A DNA stretch of 17,751 nucleotides, taken from assembly GCA_036679605.1 (NCBI GenBank), contig JAZDCZ010000051.1, positions 1 through 17,751 on the forward strand. Reading direction: 5' to 3'. Numbering within the stretch: the first letter of the stretch is position 1; each line of letters opens with the position of its first letter. Under the pieces are notes generated by a model that was given only the letters and a program-made list of their open reading frames with translations, did no database searches and had not been told where the DNA came from. The translations under genes and the position numbers were made by a program. Positions 1 through 6,906 of this stretch are shown here, piece by piece. The stretch comes from Gemmatimonadota bacterium. Its GTDB lineage: Bacteria; Gemmatimonadota; Gemmatimonadetes; Gemmatimonadales; GWC2-71-9.

Positions 1-405
1 GACATCGATCATTGCCGGGTGGTAATCGCGACTCTGCCCGAGGAACTCTGCATCAGCGAGGCCACGCTATTGGCGCGCGACATCCGCGCCCTGGGGATAG
101 AACTCGCACCACCGGTCGTCAACGGCGTCTATCCCGAATTCGCCGATGCACGACAGCAGGCCTGGCTCGAACGGGAATCCTCCTCCCTCCAAGCTCTCTC
201 CAAGGATGCAACGATGTATCTGAGAATCTGCAAGCGACAGCGCGAGTTGATAGAGCGGTTCCGCCGCAACGTCGGCCCAGCCCTATGTGTACCGTTTTCG
301 TTCTCCGGCCAGGCTACGGAGGCTGTGGATCCGGCCGCCGGGGCCTTTCCTTCTGCGCTCGACGCTACGGCGCTGGTGGAAAAGATCTTCGAGGGGGCGG
401 TATGA
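1..405 (+). CDS. ArsA/Get3-family ATPase, C-terminal part (gene begins before the window)
   Basis: Frame 1 is open from base 1: DIDHCRVVIATLPEELCISEA...PPVVNGVYP matches the 'V(T)LPEE..(V)xE...VVN' C-terminal signature of tandem ArsA-like ATPases. Its TGA (403-405) overlaps the next ATG (ATGA). Confidence 0.75.
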   Translation, partial: DIDHCRVVIATLPEELCISEATLLARDIRALGIELAPPVVNGVYPEFADARQQAWLERESSSLQALSKDATMYLRICKRQRELIERFRRNVGPALCVPFSFSGQATEAVDPAAGAFPSALDATALVEKIFEGAV

Positions 406-1529
406 AATCAGCAGTCATCCGGTTATTGACAGACAAGAACCTGGTCGTGTTCGTCGGCGAAGGCGGCGTCGGCAAGACCTCCGTGGCAGCAGCAACCGCG
501 CTGGCCGCCGCCGGTCGCGGTCGCCGGGTGGCAGTCTTGACCGTCGATCCCGCTCCCCGCTTAGGGGACGCGTTGGGACTTGCAGACATTGACGGTACCG
601 CACGCGAGGTGCAGCTTCCCCAGGGATGCGCACCCGGCGGTTCCTTGACCGCTCAACGCCTGGACACCAAGCACACGTTTGACCGTATGGTCGAGTCGAT
701 GTCGCCAACCACTGAGGCAGCACGTGTCTTGTTGGCCAATCCCATTTATCAGGCGATCTCGACCTCGCTGGGAGGCAGCGAGCACTACATGACATTCCAG
801 AGGCTTTACGAACTCGTCGAAGAACACCGCTACGACATGCTGGTCATCGACACCCCGCCTGCGGCCCACGCTGCCGATCTTCTTTCCACACCGGTTCGTC
901 TCGGCGCTCTACTCGAAACCGGAGCGCCAGCCATCCTTGCCGACCCGGCGCGAATTCTTGCGCGCACCGGATCGAGGCTGGCCAAGAATACCGCGCTGGC
1001 GCTGATTTCGGTCATCGAGAAAGTCAGCGGGCTTTCCCTGACCGGGCAGATCTCGGAGTTCATGACCAGCTTCGAGGGAATTTTGGAAGACTTGAGGGAT
1101 CGTACGGAGAAGATCAACGCTCTTCTCCGAGCCAAACAAACGGCCTTCTGCCTCGTTACCCGGCCTCAGCCCGAACGGGTGTCCTCAACGCTGGCTTTCG
1201 CCACCGCACTTGCAAGGGATGGGATCGAGCTAGACGCATTGCTGGTCAACCGCGTCACACCCGAACACAGAACAGAGGACGAGGCCGGGCAAGCAGAGGC
1301 GCGATCCGCCTACCAGGAAGCACCGCCCGGCACCGAGCAAAGCGTCCTCGCAATGGAAACAGCGGTCAACGAGCTCAGAAGTCGCGAAACCGAGGCCCTG
1401 CGGGCTCTCGAGGACGGCCTCGTCGCCAACCGTGTCGATAGCGTGCCGATACAGCAGGTCAGTTCGCTGAATAGCGACGTAAGCGGTCTTCGCGAGCTCG
1501 CGGAACTCGCCGTCCTTCTGTTCGGCTGA
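402..1529 (+). CDS. ArsA/Get3-family (anion-transporting-type, SIMIBI) ATPase, second of a tandem pair
   Basis: Deviant P-loop GEGGVGKTS, switch I VLTVDPAPRL, YDMLVIDTPP and LLVNRV. Real start is most likely ATG 402 (ATGA coupling, GAGGGGG upstream), not the ORF-track start at 12. Confidence 0.88.
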   Translation: MKSAVIRLLTDKNLVVFVGEGGVGKTSVAAATALAAAGRGRRVAVLTVDPAPRLGDALGLADIDGTAREVQLPQGCAPGGSLTAQRLDTKHTFDRMVESMSPTTEAARVLLANPIYQAISTSLGGSEHYMTFQRLYELVEEHRYDMLVIDTPPAAHAADLLSTPVRLGALLETGAPAILADPARILARTGSRLAKNTALALISVIEKVSGLSLTGQISEFMTSFEGILEDLRDRTEKINALLRAKQTAFCLVTRPQPERVSSTLAFATALARDGIELDALLVNRVTPEHRTEDEAGQAEARSAYQEAPPGTEQSVLAMETAVNELRSRETEALRALEDGLVANRVDSVPIQQVSSLNSDVSGLRELAELAVLLFG

Positions 1530-1576
1530 ACCTGTTCGACTGAATGCCTTGTAGGGTTACAGTCGGGGTCAGCGTC

Positions 1577-2083
1577 TCAGCGTGTCGACTTCCGTTTGCG
1601 CTTCCGCGTCGCCGTCTTACGGGAACGTGACGAAGATTTGGCGGGCGACTTGCGCGACAATGCCGACTTGGCGGCAGCCTTCCGGGCTGTCCCTTTCGCT
1701 TTTGCGCGCGTCGAGCTAGCCCGTCCTGCTCGTCCGTTACCGCGGCCCGTTGCCGCGGCACCGAGATCATCGGTTAAATGGTCGAGCTTGCGGTTCAAAT
1801 TCATGAGCGCACCTTGCAACGCATCGAGCTTGGTCTTCAAGCTCCGGTAATCGCGCTTGGAAGGAAGGTTGGCCAAGGTCAGCAATACCTCGATGTTCTT
1901 GTCGACGCGGGCCTTGGTACGAGCCGCGCCCTGCATGGCTTCGCCGAGCACGTTACCGACACGCTCTACCCCAAGATAACTGCCGACGCGGTCGATCCCG
2001 ACCCGTCCGGCAACGTCGGACACCCAACCTAACATCGATTTGTCACTGTTTTGGTTGCCGGTGTGAACCGTTTGCTTCGCCAT
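1577..2083 (-). CDS. Phasin/PhaF-like (PHA granule-associated-type) coiled-coil protein with K/R/A/S-rich basic C-terminal tail
   Basis: Motif LANLPSKRDYRSLKTKLDALQGALMNLNRKLDHL resembles phasin/PhaE C-terminal coiled coils, followed by a histone-like tail (AKAKGTARKAAAK...RKRKRK). ATG at 2083 has a GGAGG SD upstream. Confidence 0.6.
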   Translation of the reverse strand: MAKQTVHTGNQNSDKSMLGWVSDVAGRVGIDRVGSYLGVERVGNVLGEAMQGAARTKARVDKNIEVLLTLANLPSKRDYRSLKTKLDALQGALMNLNRKLDHLTDDLGAAATGRGNGRAGRASSTRAKAKGTARKAAAKSALSRKSPAKSSSRSRKTATRKRKRKSTR

Positions 2084-2142
2084 GGGATCCCTCCTCGGAC
2101 CTCCGATGCCCACTCGCTAGGTCTGCCTTCTACGCGATGCTC

Positions 2143-2156
2143 CTGACCATGGTCAG
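2143..2156. promoter_or_regulatory. Perfect 14-bp palindrome CTGACCATGGTCAG, possible operator
   Basis: Seen directly in the divergent intergenic region, about 60 bp upstream of the phasin-like gene. Confidence 0.3.
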
Positions 2157-2368
2157 ACTAGCGCAAGCCATGGCCCAGGGGCAAACGCGGACGCACACTC
2201 CCGCGAGCGGTGGGCAGCGCCCTGAGACCGCCGGGGCCGGGTTCGCACCCACACGGTGCGGATTTCCAGCTACGGGTACAGTTGCCCGCTACGGCCGCGC
2301 TTGGTAGGTAGGGGTTCTTGCGCTGGCCGGCCTGTATCGTTGGCGCAAAGGAATTCGAAAAGGAATTC

Positions 2369-2792
2369 ATGGGAAAAAAGGCTAAAAAAACCCAAAGCGT
2401 TGTCATTGCACCGCTGATCGTCGCAACGATCTGCACCGGGCTGGCCCTCGCCACGGTCGCATCAGCCGAAACGACGACCTATTTCCGTCGCGATTCGCCC
2501 GAGTTTCGCGCCAGCGCGATCTTCGGAAAGAAGATGTTCCAGGCCTACCAGTGCGCCAAGTGTCACGCCATTCGCGAGGGCGAGGCGCTGACCGACGATA
2601 TCATCGCCCCCAATTTGATCCTGTCCAAGGAGCGCCTGCGCCCACGAAGACGACGACGGCAACCCAATCTACGACGATGCGGACGCCCACGAGCAGTTCA
2701 AACTGATCGTTGCCTTGCGGGACTATCTGATGGTACTCGGGACCGAGCAGGAACCGGGTGGCCGGCTGGCTCCGGTAAGCGCCGGCCAGTAA
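2369..2792 (+). pseudogene. Exported c-type cytochrome, disrupted by an apparent internal deletion/frameshift near 2643
   Basis: ATG 2369 (AAGGA SD), signal peptide ending ASA, haem motif CAKCH, then APNLILSKERLRP. The natural-looking tail (EDDDGNPIYDDADAHEQFKLIVALRDYLMVLGTEQEPGGRLAPVSAGQ*, TAA 2790-2792) lies in the +1 frame. The usual W..W...P...PGT.MP segment with the distal Met is absent. Confidence 0.72.
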
Positions 2793-2908
2793 TAGACCGA
2801 CATCGGTCTGGCCGGACGCCCGGACTCGCCGAACTCACCGATGCCGGCGTCAACCGCGGCCAATTCGGCCGTGGATGTCTTCGAGGGCCAAGCTGGCCTC
2901 GGTCCACA
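2754..2908 (+). repeat. Left copy of ~150-bp imperfect direct repeat bounding the haem-uptake island
   Basis: Hand alignment to 16115-16260 gives 128/146 identities plus a 9-bp insertion (2832-2840). It includes an identical core CATCGGTCTGGCCGGACGCCCGGACTCGCCGA (2801-2832 = 16162-16193). Confidence 0.95.
2850..2908 (-). pseudogene. Duplicated 3' remnant of the C69 peptidase gene
   Basis: Translates as WTEASLALEDIHGRIGRG*, versus WTEASSALEDIHGRIGRV* at the end of the intact 16202-17578 gene. Confidence 0.85.
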
Positions 2909-3133
2909 CCGGTTTCGTATACAGGCCGGTACCTCATGCGTCCCGCCAGCGCCGTCCTTGCTTTCCGCTGCAATCTCGACTTCGGCGCCAGGGCTTGCCA
3001 CCTTCCGAGACCTTCGCTGGGCTGCCGCAATACCGGCTGAGACGCTGCTCGTACCCCGGATATCCCCACTGTTTGTCGCATTCTCTTTAGCCGCCCCTTG
3101 ACAAGCGGCCGTGGGTAAGACCTATTTGACTTT

Positions 3134-3152
3134 GAGAATGAAAGTCAATATC
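3134..3152 (+). promoter_or_regulatory. Fur box
   Basis: GAGAATGAAAGTCAATATC matches the consensus GATAATGATAATCATTATC at 15/19 positions. It is an AT-rich patch at the head of a haem-uptake operon and overlaps a candidate TTGACT(3126)-N17-TATCAA promoter. A perfect TTGACA also lies at 3098-3103. Confidence 0.8.
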
Positions 3153-3362
3153 AATAGTCAACCGGAGCAAGGAACCCCCGATGGACCCGAGGATATCCGC
3201 TGCTTCTGCAACAGCCTACTTGCGCGCCGTCGTGGCGACACCATCGAGCTCAAGTGTAGGCGTTGCCGGCGCACGCTCGCGATCCGTCTGTCCGACCTTA
3301 CCGTCGAGATGGCCGAAACATCGGCGGCGCCCGGAGACAGTCGGAAAGGAAAGGAGGAGTAA
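3138..3362 (+). CDS. Small Com-like (phage Mu Com family-like) 4-Cys zinc-ribbon protein, putative regulator
   Basis: EDIRCFCNSLLARRRGDTIELKCRRCRRT fits the Com-type pattern RC..C..LLA....IEIKC.RC, here with a CxC first pair. Start is uncertain; the in-frame ATG 3138 lies inside the Fur box. Confidence 0.7.
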   Translation: MKVNINSQPEQGTPDGPEDIRCFCNSLLARRRGDTIELKCRRCRRTLAIRLSDLTVEMAETSAAPGDSRKGKEE

Positions 3363-3428
3363 GCCCATGAGTCCCTAAAACCCTAGGAAAATCTACTCTC
3401 CACGCAACAACACAACTCCATGCGGCCC

Positions 3429-3492
3429 GCGGATCCCTCAGCCCAGAGCCCGGAACCAAGCACTTAAAAGCTAACGGGTAAGAGGTATCCGC
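3429..3492 (+). promoter_or_regulatory. Predicted leader hairpin sequestering the Shine-Dalgarno of the 3493 gene
   Basis: GCGGATCCCTC (3429-3439) is complementary at 10/11 positions to GAGGTATCCGC (3482-3492; SD up to the ATG). Inner pairing GCCCG 3448-3452 with CGGGT 3475-3479. Confidence 0.5.
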
Positions 3493-4665
3493 ATGAAAAC
3501 AACAAAAAAAACCATCAGCGCCTATCGTGCGACGCTTGTCGCACTCATGCTCGGTTGCGCCGCGACGACCACCGGAACGGCCGTCGCGCATGCAGCCGTA
3601 CTGACCATCGACCAAGCTACAGCCGGCACTCTTATAGATGGCCTTCTCGACGGCTTTCCCGGTGTCGCAACGTTCGACGGCGTCGCCGACTTCGCGGGCA
3701 ACCCCTTGGCGGTCGCACTCAAAGACGGCGCCACCGAGGAGCGTGGGATCATCGAGTATCCGCTCGACACACTCACCGGGTTAAGCTCGAGCGATATCCA
3801 GAGCGCGACTCTCACCTGGAATATCGATGATGTGCTCTCGACCTTCGGTCCCGGCACCGACTTCGACGGAACCGCTGCCGAAACCGTCATACTGTTCGAT
3901 TACGCCGGTAATGGAAGCATCGACCTGTCCGATTTCCAAAACGTAGCCGGTGCCCCTCTGGCGGTCGTGGACACAACGCCGTTCGGAGTGATCACCGATG
4001 CAAGCCTGGCGGGTACGGGACCGCTGGTCTTCGAGGTCGACGTCACGGCGGCCATTCAAGCCCACCTCGATGCTGCCGACACACACATGGGCCTGGTGTT
4101 CGCGACCAACGACGATCAAAGCGGTACGTCGCTCGATGACCTCGGGGACGGGGGTGCAGGACCACCAGGAGTCAACGGTGCCTCCCTGCCCTTCGTGACC
4201 ATTGTCACCGTCACCGGCGAACCCCCCGTATTCGGCAAGAAGGAACTCAAGTGCCAGAAGGCAATCGCCAAGACCGCCGGCAAATTCGTCAAGACCGCTC
4301 AGAAGGAACTAGGCAAGTGCCTGAATTCGGTGTTGCTGGCGGTGTCAAAGGGCCAAGACCTCACCGCGGTCGAAGCGAAGTGTCGCGCCGGAATCGACGC
4401 GGCAGATCCTGCATCCAAGCTGGCGAAAGCAAACACCGGGGCAATCAACAAGATCGTCGGTTCTTGCAGCGATGTTTCGCCAGGGGACATCAACAGCCCA
4501 TGTGATGCCTTGGCGACGGACGCCAACGCTATGGCAACCTGCGTCGTCAGCGATCACACAAAACGTGTGGAGCAGATGGTACGCGCGGAGTTCGCCGATG
4601 GCTGTAACCTGCTCGGCGCTGTCAATCTAGACGACCAATTCACGGAGTTGTGCACCGCCCCGTAA
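3493..4665 (+). CDS. Secreted protein A: signal peptide + ~200-aa acidic beta-rich domain (DNRLRE/CBM96-like sandwich pattern) + 8-Cys helical C-terminal domain
   Basis: SD GAGGT; signal peptide ending AHA (LGC at residues 20-22 is a weak lipobox alternative). The N-domain (3625-4209) is 117/195 identical, without gaps, to 7038-7622. The C-domain begins KCQKAIAKTAGKFVK...LGKCL. Confidence 0.85.
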   Translation: MKTTKKTISAYRATLVALMLGCAATTTGTAVAHAAVLTIDQATAGTLIDGLLDGFPGVATFDGVADFAGNPLAVALKDGATEERGIIEYPLDTLTGLSSSDIQSATLTWNIDDVLSTFGPGTDFDGTAAETVILFDYAGNGSIDLSDFQNVAGAPLAVVDTTPFGVITDASLAGTGPLVFEVDVTAAIQAHLDAADTHMGLVFATNDDQSGTSLDDLGDGGAGPPGVNGASLPFVTIVTVTGEPPVFGKKELKCQKAIAKTAGKFVKTAQKELGKCLNSVLLAVSKGQDLTAVEAKCRAGIDAADPASKLAKANTGAINKIVGSCSDVSPGDINSPCDALATDANAMATCVVSDHTKRVEQMVRAEFADGCNLLGAVNLDDQFTELCTAP

Positions 4666-4684
4666 ACCGGTAACGGGCCCCGTC

Positions 4685-4710
4685 CCGGGGGAGGCTCACG
4701 CCTCCCCCGG
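4685..4710 (+). other. Strong intergenic stem-loop (11-bp perfect GC-rich stem, no U tract)
   Basis: CCGGGGGAGGC-TCAC-GCCTCCCCCGG between secreted protein A and the TonB-dependent receptor. Confidence 0.75.
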
Positions 4711-4740
4711 CCGCGGGCGGGTATCACAGGACGTTGTGCA

Positions 4741-6906
4741 GTGAAATCAAACGTAGGTCCGAGGCAGGTAGCAACAAGTCTCGCTGTGGCTGGAAGTATT
4801 TTGCTTATGCTCGTTGCAACGCCGGCTAACGGTGAGACGCCGAAACACGCCTCCACCGGAAAAGGAGAAAACGACTCTAATGCTCTACCCGACTACCGAA
4901 CGCCGACGGTTGTCGTGACAGGAACGAAGACCGAACATTCCGCGTCTGACGCGCCCGTGCCTACTCAGGTCGTTCCGCGTGCGGTCCTGGAAGAAACATC
5001 GAGTGACAACATCGAGTCGGTGATCAATCAGATTCCCGACATCCACGTGCGCCGTAATGATCAATTTACCCTCGGGGCCAGCACCGTGCGAATGCAGGGC
5101 CTCGGCCCCAACAAGGCTGCAATCGTTATCGACGGGCAGAGATTTCGGGGCGGTATCGACGGCGTAGTGGACCTTCGCGACATTCCGGTGGCCGGCATCG
5201 AGCAGATCGAGATCATCCGCGGCCCGTCGTCGAGCCTTTACGGAAGCGACGCAATGGCCGGTGTCATCAATATCCGTACCCGCCAAGGGTCCGAGCAGCC
5301 CGTTGTGAATCTGACGGTGGCCGGCGGTACGGCCGATAAACGCCTGGTCACTCTCACTCACGGCTATCGCATAGGCAACCTTAGCTATTTTGTAAGCGCG
5401 CAACATGATGCTGTCGCAATAGGAAAGCTGTTCGGTCCGATAAGCGCGCAGTTCGAAGGGGGCAGGGACGAAGACCTGCAGGAGCGCAACAGCGTTCGGG
5501 CTCGTCTAGACTATCGACTCGAACACCACCAATTCAACCTGACGACAGACTTTCTGCGCGAAGACAACCCGCTCAGTTTCAACGATAATCTGACCACGTC
5601 AGCCGGGTGGCAATGGCGCCCCGCACCTCTCTGGAACTTGGATGCCAGCGCCAGTTTCTATCGATTCACCCGCCAAAACGACCTCCCTGGTTTTGCCGAA
5701 GACGTGGAGTTCGTTCGCCCTTCAGGCGAATTGCGGGTGAGTCGAACGATCGGCGCTTTGCTGGCTGCCGACCACGTCTTGAGCTTCGGCGCGAGGCTCG
5801 ACTCACAGGAACTCGAATCGCCGGCGATGGTGCGGGGCTCAAACATGGAATTTACCTCGCCGGCCATCGACGCCGACACCTTCCAGTACACCGTTTTTGT
5901 ACAAGACGAGATACTCGCCGGAGCAAAGTGGAGTTTCGTCGTCGGTGCTAGTTTTGACGATCATAACCGCTTCGGCCTCGAAACGAGCCCGCGTTTGACG
6001 CTTACTTGGGATCCCTATGATTCGCTGCGCGTATCCGCGAGCGTCGGCCGCGGGTTCCGAGCGCCCGACCTTCTCCAGCTCTTCGATGTCGACGTAAACA
6101 ACGTCCTGGTGGTCGACGGGCGCGTTACGGGCTACGCGTTGATCGGCAACCCCGACCTTCAGCCGGAAACCGACTGGGGCTACACGATGTTCGCCGAGTA
6201 CACGGCGAGTGACGCTGTAGGTCTCACCTTCAATGCGTTCTGGCACGAGGTGGATGATCTAATTGCCAACAATCTCGCCTGTCCCACCCCTACGACCTGC
6301 AAAGACGGTTTCGACAATCCACTGCCCGATCTGATCGGTCCGATATTTTCTTTTGAGAACGTCGATGCCGCTCGCACACGTGGGTTCGATTTGAACCTAA
6401 AACTCGTACCGCCTCACGATTGGCTGAGGCGCGAAGGCCCTCACGCTCTCGAAATCAACCTGGGAATCGGTTTTCTCGATACGCAGAACCTCAGCGACAT
6501 CGCCGGTCAACGCGGCAAGGATCTACCGTTCAATCCCCCTCTCAGGTTTCTTCCGGCTGTAGTTTATCGCCAACGGATACTAGGAACCCAGATCCGTGTG
6601 TGGGGCGAGTTTTCCGAGCGCCAATTCAGCGATCTGGCCGCCTCTGATGCCGGCCGGATTGCACCGCATTGGCTGTGGAACTTCAAGTTGACTCAACGCC
6701 TGTCGGCGCTCGCAACCGCCATCGGGATCAAGAAACATGCGTGGCTCGATACCGTCAGCGTGTTCGTCGAAGGTGACAACATTTTCGACCAAAGCGTCGG
6801 TTTTTCCGGACCACGCGGGCGCATAGCACCGAACGCCAATTTCGTCTTTGGACTGCGATTCAATACCGAGATGGGTTCGCATCACACCACAGTGGGACAA
6901 CAATGA
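4741..6906 (+). CDS. TonB-dependent outer-membrane receptor (probable haem/haemophore receptor by context)
   Basis: Signal peptide, TonB-box-like TVVVTGTKT, plug motif IEQIEIIRGPSSSLYGSDAMAGVINIRT, GFRAP...GNPDLQPE and beta-barrel strands. Confidence 0.93.
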   Translation: MKSNVGPRQVATSLAVAGSILLMLVATPANGETPKHASTGKGENDSNALPDYRTPTVVVTGTKTEHSASDAPVPTQVVPRAVLEETSSDNIESVINQIPDIHVRRNDQFTLGASTVRMQGLGPNKAAIVIDGQRFRGGIDGVVDLRDIPVAGIEQIEIIRGPSSSLYGSDAMAGVINIRTRQGSEQPVVNLTVAGGTADKRLVTLTHGYRIGNLSYFVSAQHDAVAIGKLFGPISAQFEGGRDEDLQERNSVRARLDYRLEHHQFNLTTDFLREDNPLSFNDNLTTSAGWQWRPAPLWNLDASASFYRFTRQNDLPGFAEDVEFVRPSGELRVSRTIGALLAADHVLSFGARLDSQELESPAMVRGSNMEFTSPAIDADTFQYTVFVQDEILAGAKWSFVVGASFDDHNRFGLETSPRLTLTWDPYDSLRVSASVGRGFRAPDLLQLFDVDVNNVLVVDGRVTGYALIGNPDLQPETDWGYTMFAEYTASDAVGLTFNAFWHEVDDLIANNLACPTPTTCKDGFDNPLPDLIGPIFSFENVDAARTRGFDLNLKLVPPHDWLRREGPHALEINLGIGFLDTQNLSDIAGQRGKDLPFNPPLRFLPAVVYRQRILGTQIRVWGEFSERQFSDLAASDAGRIAPHWLWNFKLTQRLSALATAIGIKKHAWLDTVSVFVEGDNIFDQSVGFSGPRGRIAPNANFVFGLRFNTEMGSHHTTVGQQ

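Noticed and set aside
12..401. 130-aa N-terminal extension of the 12..1529 ORF
   Set aside because: It overlaps the preceding ArsA-like gene in another frame and has non-protein-like composition; ATG 402 with ATGA coupling is the better start.
402..1529. Arsenic-resistance arsA annotation
   Set aside because: Single-domain tandem type with no arsB/C/D/R visible; the family call is kept and the function is not assigned.
1518..1544. Tandem CTGTTCGGCTGAA / CTGTTCGACTGAA around the ATPase stop codon
   Set aside because: A short local duplication with no partner elsewhere in the window, most simply explained by slippage.
2347..2368. Tandem AAAGGAATTC x2 before the cytochrome ATG
   Set aside because: A duplicated SD-containing decamer with no evidence of further function.
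2754..2908. Repeat as CRISPR, tRNA att site or IS end
   Set aside because: There are only two copies 13 kb apart, with no spacer array, no tRNA fold, no terminal inverted repeats and no cas/integrase/transposase.
2645..3040. C-terminal half of the 240-aa ORF 2318..3040 as real protein
   Set aside because: It is Arg/Pro/Gly-rich out-of-frame read-through; the true cytochrome tail is in the +1 frame and stops at 2792.
2841..3101. Similar + strand ORFs 2841..3101 and 16193..16393 (MP...SAVD.FEG.AGLGPH) as a paralogous gene pair
   Set aside because: The similarity is just the antisense reading of the duplicated peptidase tail.
3363..3492. Cobalamin or other known riboswitch upstream of the TBDR operon
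   Set aside because: I could not find a B12 box or other known aptamer core by eye; an Rfam/Infernal scan would settle it.
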